A DNA stretch of 64,000 nt from Planctomycetota bacterium (GTDB lineage: Bacteria; Pseudomonadota; Gammaproteobacteria; Eutrophobiales; Eutrophobiaceae): assembly GCA_047638675.1 (NCBI GenBank), contig JBLIML010000002.1, forward strand, positions 30,017-94,016. Direction: 5' to 3'. Below, in pieces: positions 39,309 to 49,249 of this stretch. The position numbers were made by a program, and so were the translations under genes. Under the pieces are notes generated by a model that worked only from the letters and a program-made list of their open reading frames with translations, ran no database searches and had not been told where the DNA came from. Position 1 is the stretch's first letter, and the number at the start of each line of letters is the position of its first letter.

Positions 39309-40511
39309 TCATTTTCCACACCACAGGTTCGGGTTTATCGGGTTACCGCTTTGGCGTATTTCGAAGTACAAGCCGGGCTTGCTTTGACCACCGGTATCTC
39401 CAACCCGGGCAATCAAGTCGCCTGCCAACACCCAGTCCCCAGATTTTTTGAGCAGGCGCTCGTTATGGCCGTACAAACTCATAAAACCGTCTCCATGGTC
39501 GAGAATCATCAGCAAACCCATGTTTCGAAACCAATCCGCAAACACGACTTTGCCAGTGCTTATCGCTTTTACCTCAACGCCGTTATCAGCGTCGATGGTC
39601 ACCCCCTGCCATTTTAATTTGCCCCCTTTGCGTAAACTGCCATATCGGGAAGCAACTTTACCTTTAACCGGCCAATCGAGTTTTCCCTGTAAACTGTTAA
39701 AAGGCGGCATCTCTTCAAATATTTGTATCGCCAGATCTTGTTGCTTGAGATCGTTGACGAGCCTTGCCAAATCCTGTTCATTGCCCTGCAGGATTTGCAA
39801 TTGTGCACCTTGAGCGTCTATGTAATCCTGTAATTTGTTGGTGATGGCACTGCGCGATACTCGGTAAGCCTGAAACTCTGTCAGTTTGCTTTTATGATCA
39901 CTCTGTAATTTTCTGAGCGCCCGTGTTTCTGTCTGCATGCGTTGTTCCAGGGATGATATTTCAGCGAGTGCAATACTGATGTCCGAGATACGTTTGCTTC
40001 GCGCCTGAACATCATATTCATAATAAACTAACATTCGACCGACGCGATCAGGCGCTTGTTGGTTTAGCAATAGTTTTACATAATTGTTACGACCTGTTTT
40101 GTAGGCGGCCCGTATCGTTTGAGCCAGTTGCTGACGTAGTGTGACGAGCAGCGCTTCCTGAGCAGTCTTGTTCCTGGCTAGTTGCACCAATTCATTATCT
40201 TTGTCGTTGATTTGTTGTTGGAAATGGTGAATTTTATCAGCCGCCTCCGTAGTAGATAATTCATTGTTCTGTAATTGCCTGAATAACTCATCGACGTTTA
40301 ATTTCGCTGTCTCAATAGAAGATTCTACGTCCTTAATTTGCGTGCGGATGTTTTGCAGTTTGTGATCTTTTTCAATTTGCTCAGTGTTAATATCTATCGC
40401 TATTACCTGATTATTAATAATCAGTGCGATCAAGAGGAAGCATATTAAGAAAAAGTTCTCTGTAAGCGGAACGGTTCCAGTCGTTTTTGATAATGTGTGG
40501 CTAAGCTTCAT
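39309..40511 (-). CDS. envC: Murein hydrolase activator EnvC (coiled coil + LytM/M23 domain)
   Basis: 400 aa, long coiled-coil region, C-terminal GLLMILDHGDGFMSLYGHN...GDTGG. Confidence 0.8.
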   Translation of the reverse strand: MKLSHTLSKTTGTVPLTENFFLICFLLIALIINNQVIAIDINTEQIEKDHKLQNIRTQIKDVESSIETAKLNVDELFRQLQNNELSTTEAADKIHHFQQQINDKDNELVQLARNKTAQEALLVTLRQQLAQTIRAAYKTGRNNYVKLLLNQQAPDRVGRMLVYYEYDVQARSKRISDISIALAEISSLEQRMQTETRALRKLQSDHKSKLTEFQAYRVSRSAITNKLQDYIDAQGAQLQILQGNEQDLARLVNDLKQQDLAIQIFEEMPPFNSLQGKLDWPVKGKVASRYGSLRKGGKLKWQGVTIDADNGVEVKAISTGKVVFADWFRNMGLLMILDHGDGFMSLYGHNERLLKKSGDWVLAGDLIARVGDTGGQSKPGLYFEIRQSGNPINPNLWCGK

Positions 40512-42072
40512 CAGATACCCGGAAAATGGTCTGCCCGGTCATTTCCGCAGGCGTCCCCAGACCCATCAGATGCAGCATTGTTGGCGCCAAATCGCATAGT
40601 GCAGCTTCAGCTCTAACTAGTTTGGCAGGACCACCAATATAGATAAGCGGTACCAAATTGTTGGTATGTGCTGTATGCGGTTGTGACGGCTCTCCTTGTT
40701 TAGCGGTTTCACGCATTTGTTCGGCGTTGCCATGATCCGCTGTAATGAGCAATTCAGCCCCTGTCTCCAACGCAGCATCGACCACTCTCTGCAAGCAAGC
40801 GTCCAGCGCCTCGACGGCCATCACCGCAGCATCGTAATTGCCGGTGTGTCCCACCATGTCTGCATTGGCAAAATTGCTGATAATAGCATCGTATTTTTGA
40901 CTTCTTATCGCTGCCACCATTTTTTCGGCAACTTCATTTGCATTCATCTCCGGTTGTTGGTCGTAAGTGCTGACGTAGGGTGAGGGCACCAGTATGCGAT
41001 CCTCATTGTCAAACACCCGTTCCTCACCACCATTGAAGAAGAAGGTGACGTGGGCATATTTCTCTGTTTCAGCAATGCGTAATTGACGTAAACCCAGGCC
41101 AGCGATGTATTCACCGAATACATTTTTGTGCTTGACGGGAGTGAAAAGCACGGGGAAGTCAAAGTCAGCCTTGTATTGTGTCAGGCTGATAAAATCCGAT
41201 GAGTCGAGGAAATGTTCTCGAAGGAAACCACTGAAATCCGATTTGGTAAAGGCGAGGGAGAGCTGCCTGGCCCGATCTGAACGATAATTGGCAAATATTA
41301 TTGCGTCGCCCTCTTCGATGTTGACGGTTCTTCCCTGTTCATCGGTAATGGCCGTCGGCAGAACGAATTCATCGGTTTCACCGCGTTGATAGGCCATATC
41401 GAGAGCGTGTTCAGCATCATTGGATTGAAATTCAGCTTTACCCTGAACGATAAGCTCATAGGCTGCCTGGGTGCGCTCCCAATTCTGATTTCGATCCATG
41501 GCGTAGAATCTGCCGACAATGCTGGCGATCCGGCCTTTGCCTATCGCCTGTAATTCTTGTTGAGCATGCCGTAGAAATTCGTCGGCACTCGAGGGCGAGG
41601 TATCACGTCCATCAAGGAAAGCATGTAGATAGATTTTGTCGATATCGTATTGTTTTGACTGTCTAATCAAAGCAAAAATATGATCCTGATGACTGTGAAC
41701 ACCGCCACTTGAGAGCAGGCCGAGTATATGAACAGCCTTGCCAGATTTCTCTATTTTCTGAAATGTCTCGCAAAGTACTTCATTTTCATAGAAAGAGCCG
41801 TCATCGATTGCGCGGGTAATGCGCGTAAAATCTTGATCGATTACACGTCCAGAACCAATGTTCATATGACCCACCTCAGAATTTCCCATTTGCCTGTCTG
41901 GCAGACCGACATCGATACCTGATGCGCTGATCAAGGTGTGGGGATAAGTGCTCCAAAGATTGTCCCAGGTAGGCTTCCTGGCGCCGGATATGGCATTAAA
42001 TTCAGTGTTTTCGGAATAACCCCAGCCATCAAGGATGATTAATATGACGGGTTTACGCGGCAATGTAGTCAT
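40501..42072 (-). CDS. gpmI: 2,3-bisphosphoglycerate-independent phosphoglycerate mutase
   Basis: 523 aa, ILIILDGWGY, MGNSEVGHMNIGSGR, ITADHGNAE. Confidence 0.95.
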   Translation of the reverse strand: MTTLPRKPVILIILDGWGYSENTEFNAISGARKPTWDNLWSTYPHTLISASGIDVGLPDRQMGNSEVGHMNIGSGRVIDQDFTRITRAIDDGSFYENEVLCETFQKIEKSGKAVHILGLLSSGGVHSHQDHIFALIRQSKQYDIDKIYLHAFLDGRDTSPSSADEFLRHAQQELQAIGKGRIASIVGRFYAMDRNQNWERTQAAYELIVQGKAEFQSNDAEHALDMAYQRGETDEFVLPTAITDEQGRTVNIEEGDAIIFANYRSDRARQLSLAFTKSDFSGFLREHFLDSSDFISLTQYKADFDFPVLFTPVKHKNVFGEYIAGLGLRQLRIAETEKYAHVTFFFNGGEERVFDNEDRILVPSPYVSTYDQQPEMNANEVAEKMVAAIRSQKYDAIISNFANADMVGHTGNYDAAVMAVEALDACLQRVVDAALETGAELLITADHGNAEQMRETAKQGEPSQPHTAHTNNLVPLIYIGGPAKLVRAEAALCDLAPTMLHLMGLGTPAEMTGQTIFRVSDEA

Positions 42073-42365
42073 TGAAAGGGATACTGTGTCAGGGATGAAT
42101 TTAGCAAGATTACAGATACCTGAACGGGCGCTGAATTCGATCCGGTGGTGAAAAAATCAGTTGATTGAACATAGAGTGTAGATGGACACATTCGATAAGA
42201 GCCTAGTTTAACATGAATTATAACCTGATCCGAGATTGTGGGCTTCATCTCGTCACAGACAATGGCTTGTAAAGATACCTTCGCCGGAGTTTCTAATGGG
42301 GGTGTTATCACGTATTATTCACACCTCATTTATACAAAGCCAATGGCGGAGCTAGAGCATTACAT

Positions 42366-42794
42366 ATGGAACGACTACCGGAATTTATTAGTAATCATCT
42401 GTTTTTAGTCTCACTATTCATTTCATTGCTGATGTTGTTCATCTGGAATTTCTATGGTGGCGTTCTTACAGGGGTTAAAGCGATTATTCCCGCCGAACTT
42501 ACGCGCTTGATAAATCGAGAGGATGCAATCGTTGTTGATGTGCGATCGACGGCCGATTTCGGAAGCAATCATATACTTAATGCCCTGAATATCCCGGATG
42601 CAGAACTACAAAGCAGAAAAAGCGAATTAGAAAAATATTTAAAGCAACCGCTAATATTCTATTGTGGCAGCGGGACAATCTCGGCTAAAGTGGCGCGCAC
42701 ATTATCAGGACAGGGCTTTGAAAAGGTTTATAGTCTTAAGGGTGGGTTGCCGTCCTGGCAAAATGCAAATCTACCCTTGACCAGAGAAACATAA
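42366..42794 (+). CDS. Membrane-anchored rhodanese domain protein (YibN-like)
   Basis: 142 aa, N-terminal TM, rhodanese active-site loop YCGSGTIS. Confidence 0.8.
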   Translation: MERLPEFISNHLFLVSLFISLLMLFIWNFYGGVLTGVKAIIPAELTRLINREDAIVVDVRSTADFGSNHILNALNIPDAELQSRKSELEKYLKQPLIFYCGSGTISAKVARTLSGQGFEKVYSLKGGLPSWQNANLPLTRET

Positions 42795-42810
42795 TAGCAG
42801 GTAAGAATAC

Positions 42811-43320
42811 ATGGCAGAAGAACAGAACAAAGAAGTTAAAGCAGTGGCAGACGAATCTCAAAAGGGACAGTTCGGGCTACAGAAGATTTATGTAAAAGAT
42901 CTTTCGTTTGAAATTCCTAATTCACCTATGGTGTTTCAGGAAGAATGGAAACCTTCGGTCAATATGGACATCGCCAATTCGGCGAGCAAAATTAGCGAAG
43001 ATCTGTTTGAAGCGGTGCTAAGTGTTACTATTACTGTCACCTCTGAAGAAAAAACCATGTACCTGATTGAAGCGCAACAGGCAGGTATTTTTCATATTGC
43101 CGGATTACCTGATGAGGCAATTAATAAAATGTTGGCGACAGTCTGTCCGAATATTCTGTTTCCTTTCACTCGAGAAATAATAGCAGATCTGGTGACTCGC
43201 GGTGGGTTTCCCCAGCTATTACTCGCGCCTGTAAATTTTGAAGCCCTTTACGCACAAAAAGAAAAGCAGCAGGCAGAAGAGGAGACCGGGAAGCAAGCAC
43301 AAAGTAGTATGACTCATTGA
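42811..43320 (+). CDS. secB: Protein-export chaperone SecB
   Basis: 169 aa, FGLQKIYVKDLSFEIPNSPMVF..., acidic C-terminus. Confidence 0.9.
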   Translation: MAEEQNKEVKAVADESQKGQFGLQKIYVKDLSFEIPNSPMVFQEEWKPSVNMDIANSASKISEDLFEAVLSVTITVTSEEKTMYLIEAQQAGIFHIAGLPDEAINKMLATVCPNILFPFTREIIADLVTRGGFPQLLLAPVNFEALYAQKEKQQAEEETGKQAQSSMTH

Positions 43321-43398
43321 GTATGTTTTGATCCCGGTTGTCCATTGCCTGTGGCGAATATTATTTCTTTTTTTACGTGTATTTGACGGAGTTGAGTA

Positions 43399-44397
43399 TT
43401 GGAGAATCAATCGGTATTAGTTATTGGAGCGGGTTCATGGGGTACGGCCCTGGCGCTGGTGCTGGCGCGCAATCAACATCGAGTTGATTTATGGGATCTG
43501 TCTTCCGATCATATCACTGACCTGCAACAGGCACGATCGAACGAACGTTACCTGCCTGGCATTGCGTTTCCGGATAACCTGAATCCGGTTTCCGACCTAT
43601 CTGCGTATCAAGATATAAACAGTGTGGTTCTCGCAATGCCTTGCGCAGGATTGCAGGGCGCTCTTGCCCTGTTGCAAAAATATATCTCCTTGCCTGAATT
43701 ACAAATCTGTCTGGCATGTAAGGGTTTTGAACCGGGCTCAAACTCCTTGAATTCTGAGGTCGTTAAAAACGTACTGGGGATCAATTCTGTGGCTGTCCTG
43801 TCTGGCCCTTCTTTTGCTAAAGAAGTCGCCGAAGAGTTGCCAACGGCCATCACTATTGCTTCCCATAACGTGGATACCGCCCGTCATTTTTCCTCCTTGT
43901 TTCATAATGAGCTTTTTCGTATCTATACGAATGATGATGTCGTGGGTGTTCAGGTGGGCGGTGCCGTGAAGAATGTTATCGCCATTGCAGCAGGAATTGC
44001 TGATGGTCTGGGTTATGGCGCTAACACGCGCAGTGCGCTAATAACACGTTCTCTCGCTGAAATTATGCGATTAGGGATTGCCATGGGTGGTCGACAGGAA
44101 ACCTTTATGGGGCTCGCTGGACTCGGAGATCTGATTTTAACCTGTACCGACGATCAATCAAGAAACCGGCGTTTTGGCCTGGCACTGGCGCTTGGCAAGT
44201 CTCCAGATGAAGCTAAAAAGGAAATTGGTCAGGCTATCGAAGGTCTGGTGACGGCCGCTATAGTGCAGGAGCTGGCGATGCGTTATGAAATTGAAATGCC
44301 AATTACCGAACAGGTAAATAATGTGTTGCTATCGCGCTGTTCCCCCCGCGAAGCCGTACAAAATCTGCTAGCACGCGAACCAAAAGCCGAAATGTAA
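43399..44397 (+). CDS. gpsA: NAD(P)H-dependent glycerol-3-phosphate dehydrogenase
   Basis: 332 aa, TTG start, VLVIGAGSWGTALA, GPSFAKEVA, VKNVIAIAAG. Confidence 0.93.
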   Translation: MENQSVLVIGAGSWGTALALVLARNQHRVDLWDLSSDHITDLQQARSNERYLPGIAFPDNLNPVSDLSAYQDINSVVLAMPCAGLQGALALLQKYISLPELQICLACKGFEPGSNSLNSEVVKNVLGINSVAVLSGPSFAKEVAEELPTAITIASHNVDTARHFSSLFHNELFRIYTNDDVVGVQVGGAVKNVIAIAAGIADGLGYGANTRSALITRSLAEIMRLGIAMGGRQETFMGLAGLGDLILTCTDDQSRNRRFGLALALGKSPDEAKKEIGQAIEGLVTAAIVQELAMRYEIEMPITEQVNNVLLSRCSPREAVQNLLAREPKAEM

Positions 44398-44484
44398 TAA
44401 AAGTAGGCAATGTCAGTCACTTTTTGGCACTGAAACGCTTATCTCAAACATGCTTTTTGAGTAGGGGTGATTATTACTCTGGGG

Positions 44485-44946
44485 TCATCGAAGTTGGAAT
44501 TGATTTTGACGCCATGCTTCATAGACGAGAATAGCAACTGCGTTTGACAAATTGAGACTTCTGCTGTTTTCTTGCATGGGGATACGTATTACTTTATCAA
44601 CAGGGGTGTCTGCTATCAGCTTCTGCGGAAGTCCTCGCGTTTCAGGGCCGAATAAAAAAGCATCGTTTCGCTCGTAGCTAACATCCGAATATTGCCGTTG
44701 ACCCTTGGTCGAAATAGCAAAAAGTCTTTGCGGACGCACATCCTCTAAAAATATCTCTAGCGATTGATGTTCATGAATACTTGCAAATTCACTATAATCC
44801 AGCCCTGCACGTCTGAGTTTCTTATCATCGAGCTCAAAACCCAAAGGATGAATTAGATGTAATGTTGTCCCGGTATTCGCACATAGGCGTATAATATTAC
44901 CCGTATTGGGCGGAATCTCAGGTTGGTACAGAACAATATGAAACAT
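44485..44946 (-). CDS. trmL: tRNA (cytidine/uridine34-2'-O)-methyltransferase (SpoU/TrmL)
   Basis: 153 aa, [27 protein letters not shown]-terminal [18 protein letters not shown]. Confidence 0.9.
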   Translation of the reverse strand: MFHIVLYQPEIPPNTGNIIRLCANTGTTLHLIHPLGFELDDKKLRRAGLDYSEFASIHEHQSLEIFLEDVRPQRLFAISTKGQRQYSDVSYERNDAFLFGPETRGLPQKLIADTPVDKVIRIPMQENSRSLNLSNAVAILVYEAWRQNQFQLR

Positions 44947-44979
44947 GGTAAAAGAATCAACCGTTAAAAGAATAGAATT

Positions 44980-45930
44980 ATGTCAACCGACACATCAGAC
45001 AATAAGTTAAGAACAAGTTTCTGTGGGATGAACTTTAGCACACCACTGGTATTACTTTCCGGTTGTGTCGGCTTTGGTGAGGAATACACGCGCATCAAAG
45101 GTTTTTCAAATAGTGACGTAGGTGCCATTTGTCTGAAAGGCACGACACTTGAAGCACGTATGGGAAATGCGCCCCATCGTATGGCAGAAACCTATATGGG
45201 AATGTTGAACGCAATTGGTCTGCAAAACCCCGGTGCGCGTACAGTCGTTGACGAATATTTGCCAAAGCTTGATTTTGACGAGACCCGTTTTATCGCGAAT
45301 ATTTCTGGTTCCACGGTGGAAGAGTATGAAGAAGTTACGAGGATATTTGATGACTCACGGGTCGATGCTATGGAGATTAATATTTCCTGCCCGAATGTAA
45401 AAGAAGGTGGTGTTTCCTTTGGAAACGATCCAGAAATGTCAGCTCGGGTTGTTGCAGCGTGTCGACGAGCAACGGACAAGCCGCTAATAACCAAGTTGTC
45501 ACCAAACCAGACGGACATTGCCGATAATGCCCTACGTTGTCTGGAAGCTGGCAGCGATGGTTTCGCCGTTATTAATACACTCGTGGGAATGGCGATTGAT
45601 ACTGAGGCGAGGCGAGCCGTGCTGGGTAATAATCAAGGTGGTTTGTCGGGCCCGGCGATTAAGCCAATTGCCTTGCTAAAGACCCATCAGGTATATCAGG
45701 TGTGTAAGCCACACAATGTTCCTATTATTGGGCAGGGAGGAATTTGTAATACAGAAGATGCCCTGGAGTTTATTATTGCTGGCGCTTCCGCCGTCGGTAT
45801 TGGTACGGCGCTATTCTATGACCCATTAGTGTGTAAGGAAATTAATACGGGCATTACAGAATATCTGAAAAAGCATAAGATGAAAAACATATGCGATCTT
45901 GTTGGAACTCTACAATTAAATGGTGGATGA
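44980..45930 (+). CDS. pyrD: Dihydroorotate dehydrogenase, class 1 (1B-like catalytic subunit)
   Basis: 316 aa, no N-terminal membrane helix, active-site loop [17 protein letters not shown] (Cys base), [18 protein letters not shown]. Confidence 0.8.
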   Translation: MSTDTSDNKLRTSFCGMNFSTPLVLLSGCVGFGEEYTRIKGFSNSDVGAICLKGTTLEARMGNAPHRMAETYMGMLNAIGLQNPGARTVVDEYLPKLDFDETRFIANISGSTVEEYEEVTRIFDDSRVDAMEINISCPNVKEGGVSFGNDPEMSARVVAACRRATDKPLITKLSPNQTDIADNALRCLEAGSDGFAVINTLVGMAIDTEARRAVLGNNQGGLSGPAIKPIALLKTHQVYQVCKPHNVPIIGQGGICNTEDALEFIIAGASAVGIGTALFYDPLVCKEINTGITEYLKKHKMKNICDLVGTLQLNGG

Positions 45931-46094
45931 ATAAATAACCATCGAGAGTTTGACTCAATAAGTGAGGTCAGTTAAGACTTATTTTTTAAAAAAAACAGTT
46001 TTTTTCTGTTGTAAAATCAAGTCTATTCTGCCCCACTTCATTTATCTGAAAATACACTTTTTCTCAGAGGCTTGAGTATCCGATTGAAGATAAC

Positions 46095-46358
46095 TTAACG
46101 GCGACGACCACTCTTCTTGAAGTTAGCACGTGGTTCTTCGAAATTCACACGCAATTGTTTGCCATTGAAGTTTTTACCATTGAGCCCGGTTATCGCGGCT
46201 CTTGCTTCATGACCTTCCATTTCAATAAATCCAAATCCGCGGCATTTGCGCGTGAAAACATCGCTTACCAGGTGTATGGAACGTACCTTACCAAACTCCG
46301 AGAATAGTTCTGTTACTGATTCCTCTGTTGCCTCACTAGGCAGATTCCCGACAAACAT
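46095..46358 (-). CDS. RRM-type RNA-binding protein (87 aa)
   Basis: ATG 46358: RNP2 MFVGNL, RNP1 RGFGFIEM, basic C-tail. The track ORF (to 46439) adds a non-homologous extension. Confidence 0.85.
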   Translation of the reverse strand: MFVGNLPSEATEESVTELFSEFGKVRSIHLVSDVFTRKCRGFGFIEMEGHEARAAITGLNGKNFNGKQLRVNFEEPRANFKKSGRRR

Positions 46359-46877
46359 TTTTTTCACCTTGAACTCCTCTCTTAAAAAATTACTAGCACT
46401 GTCATATTGAGCATTACTTACTACCTCGCCAGAAATCACGAGGTCAGAAGATTAATTTAGCTGCTCTTCTCGATATGACGATACTTGTCATATATACGAG
46501 CCCGATAAACCCCCTACTCTTTAGCTTTCTTACCCCATCGCTCCGGGCATGCCTCGTACCAAATCCCCTGGTTTAAGAAAAGCTGGATTATAAATTCTCT
46601 GAAAAATCAAGCACCTGCATTTAAAAGGGGAATAATTGCCAGGCGAACCCGGCAAATTACAGGAGATATCGCCTCGATGCCACTGAAAAACCGTATAAAT
46701 GTGTGCAACTGCGGGATTTTAACCGACTGTCAGTAAAAATACGAATTTATGAAGCATGATGAGTTGACCCCCAATACTATCGCTAGTGGCTAGCACCCAT
46801 TTTCCTGATTATGGCTGAGTCTGAAGATAATCCGCTTTCGGGCTTGTTCAGACTTAAAATCAATTATTGCTGCTGAA

Positions 46878-47042
46878 TTATTCATATTTTAGGGGGCGAT
46901 TGTCCTCCTGCCAGCGTAGGAGTGCGTTTGAATAGTAGTCAAATATGCAGGGGTCACAACCGCGATTGCAGCATTCATCCGGTCCAGGTGGTGTTGGCGG
47001 TGGGCGTGCCGAGGGCAGTTTTTTAACCTTCTGCTCAGACAT
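46878..47042 (-). CDS. Unlisted 54-aa sORF: oxidoreductase-like (CC-x2-GC-x2-C) domain protein
   Basis: Manual translation: MSEQKVKKLPSARPPPTPPGPDECCNRGCDPCIFDYYSNALLRWQEDNRPLKYE*. Its ATG shares one base with the greB TGA (TGATG). It is below the track's apparent ~60-aa floor. Confidence 0.6.
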   Translation of the reverse strand: MSEQKVKKLPSARPPPTPPGPDECCNRGCDPCIFDYYSNALLRWQEDNRPLKYE

Positions 47043-47545
47043 CATTCTTCCTCAGATTCGTAGTTGATGGCCACAATATAGTAGTTTTGGGCTCGTCCGC
47101 CAATATTCAGATTTACTTCCTCATCACAGGATTTTCCGATCAGCACGCTACCCAGAGGTGAATCAAGGCTGATACGGTTCTCTCCGTGGCTTAGTTCATC
47201 TGCTCCGACAATGCGGTAACGCATTTGATTACTGTTGTCATCTTCCAGTGTGACCCAGGCGCCAAAGAATATTTGAGAATCGTTGTTAACACTTGAAACG
47301 ATTGTCAGATCTGGCATGCGTTTTTGTAAATATCCGATGCGTGAATCAATGCTACGCAATTCCTTTTTTCTGTAAATGTATTCTGCATTCTCTGAGCGAT
47401 CACCCTCTGCCGCAGCTGCAGTCACAGCCAGAGTAACTTCAGCCCGTCGTTTCCACAATTCCTTTAACTCAACCTCCAATCTACTGTAACCCTGAGGAGT
47501 TATATAAGCAGAGGATATTGGTCGTGGTTCGCGCCAGCGTGACAT
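47042..47545 (-). CDS. greB: Transcription elongation factor GreB
   Basis: 167 aa, coiled-coil N-terminal domain with EGDRSENAEY, C-terminal ISLDSPLGSVLIGK. Confidence 0.88.
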   Translation of the reverse strand: MSRWREPRPISSAYITPQGYSRLEVELKELWKRRAEVTLAVTAAAAEGDRSENAEYIYRKKELRSIDSRIGYLQKRMPDLTIVSSVNNDSQIFFGAWVTLEDDNSNQMRYRIVGADELSHGENRISLDSPLGSVLIGKSCDEEVNLNIGGRAQNYYIVAINYESEEE

Positions 47546-47603
47546 GGTTATTTGTTCATATGAAATTCCCGATTTTTATACCACAAGCTGATGACAAAGA
47601 GTA

Positions 47604-48230
47604 TTAATCTTCAAACTCAAATCTAAACATTTTTTGCACGCCTGTTACCGCAACCGGCTTGCCTGCAACAATTTGTGGTTTGTATTTGGATCTTGAGGTT
47701 GCCCTTATGGCTGCTTGATCAAAAATGCTTTCAGGTTGCGCCTCTACTACACGAATATCCTCCGTCGTTCCATATTTAGTCACAGAGAATTCAACAACTA
47801 CATATCCTTCTATATTTCTCGCTATTGCTTTTTGTGGATAAACTGGCTGCATTTCCACTATGGATATCAATTCAGTATTGATTGTAGGGATAAAAGGATT
47901 ATCGTTTGCAGGATTAAATGTTCCTTCATCGTGTGTAATTTTGCTTATTGTGCCTTCCGGATCTAATTGATTAGTCGTCTCAATGATCGGAACAGGAGGA
48001 GGGTCCATTGGTTTGACTGGTTTTTCTCTATAAGGCTCTTTTGGAGGAAGATGCTCGCCCTTAAGGTGTACGAAATCCAGATAGCTTATTGCCGCGGACT
48101 CATCAAGTTCATTATTACCGGAATTCTCTATCAGATATTGCATTAAAAAAAACAGGAAAAAAGTTATAACAACAGCAACGATTCCGGACAGACTAAAACG
48201 AATTGTGGGTGAATAGATTGACTGGTGCAT
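47604..48230 (-). CDS. TonB-family energy transducer (C-terminal TonB domain)
   Basis: ATG 48230 (SD ggggag) gives an N-terminal TM, a Pro-rich spacer (KEPYREKPVKPMDPPPVP) and the TonB C-terminal domain (VYPQKAIARNIEGYVVVEFSV...). No exbBD adjacent. Confidence 0.75.
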   Translation of the reverse strand: MHQSIYSPTIRFSLSGIVAVVITFFLFFLMQYLIENSGNNELDESAAISYLDFVHLKGEHLPPKEPYREKPVKPMDPPPVPIIETTNQLDPEGTISKITHDEGTFNPANDNPFIPTINTELISIVEMQPVYPQKAIARNIEGYVVVEFSVTKYGTTEDIRVVEAQPESIFDQAAIRATSRSKYKPQIVAGKPVAVTGVQKMFRFEFED

Positions 48231-48532
48231 ATTTTCACTCCCCGTATTGATATTGAATATATTTTTCGGGTAACTACTAAAAGTATAGAAGGGGAGATTT
48301 ATTACGCTAGCAAATGCTATGGGAGATCTTCCTTTAGCAAGCATGATAAAGTCACTGACTACAGGGGACTAATTCTTGTCGTATAATGATACGTTTATAT
48401 TACTTAAGAGTTTGAGAGATGAGAACAGAAGCGGTGATACTGACGTCTTCTTTGTATTTAAGAATATCCTGGGCTCGATTAAGCTAGCCAGAACCAGGAA
48501 ATAATTGTCAGTACCAGGTATGAATCATTACC

Positions 48533-48985
48533 TCAGGGTAGGTGTCCATCGATTACATATTTCATGATGTCGACAACCTGAGATGGGGTTTTCGCTACTG
48601 CCAACGCTGCGGCGTCCACTTCTTTCAAGGCATGTGTCAATTCAGGGTCGTGCAGAACAATTATAGCTTTACCAAGAGCGGCAGCATAACCGGCTTCAAA
48701 GGCCGCATTCCATTGTCTGTATTTGTCACCAAAGCGGACGACGACGACATCGGCTTCTTCAATGAGCTTGCGGGTACGAATAGCATTTATTTTTGATGAC
48801 TTATGATCCTTCCAGAAAGGCTGGCTCTCAGCGCCCAGTATTCCATCGCCGCAATCATCGCTAGACGCATGATCCGTCACTGGCGCGCTAAGCGTAATGG
48901 GCAATGCCGCGTCCTTTATTCCCTCGGCAATTTGATCTCGCCAATCGGAATGTATTTCGCCAGAGAGGTAGATATTCCAGGTCAT
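48533..48985 (-). CDS. YtoQ-family protein (nucleoside 2-deoxyribosyltransferase-like fold)
   Basis: 150 aa, MTWNIYLSGEIHSDWR...VVVRFGDKYRQWNAAFEAGYAAALGK. Confidence 0.65.
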   Translation of the reverse strand: MTWNIYLSGEIHSDWRDQIAEGIKDAALPITLSAPVTDHASSDDCGDGILGAESQPFWKDHKSSKINAIRTRKLIEEADVVVVRFGDKYRQWNAAFEAGYAAALGKAIIVLHDPELTHALKEVDAAALAVAKTPSQVVDIMKYVIDGHLP

Positions 48986-49249
48986 ATTTCACCTTCACAC
49001 AATGTTGATTAACTTTGAAGCATGATACACAGAAAGTGATAATAATTAATCCAGGTCGGATTTTTTCAGGCAAGATGGTCTGTAATTACGTCATGTAAAC
49101 AGCATATTTTCGGTGGACTACGCCCATTCTGTGTCTGTAAATTTTAAAGTTTGTCGGAATATCACGACAACATACAATGTTGAGAAAACTAACTTGTTGT
49201 TTTATAAGTATAAATATTATTGGCGCGCTATTTGCGTATTTGTAATGCT

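Noticed and set aside
42069-42311. 80-aa ORF in the gpmI/rhodanese divergent intergenic region.
   Set aside because: It overlaps the gpmI start region in a promoter-containing spacer, with no SD and no motifs.
48385-48470. Perfect TATAAT (cgTATAATga) on the + strand followed by a weak hairpin (AGAAG...CTTCT) and T-rich stretch; considered as a small RNA gene between tonB and ytoQ.
   Set aside because: No convincing -35 and the stem is only 5 bp. The TATAAT could equally be incidental in AT-rich spacer DNA.
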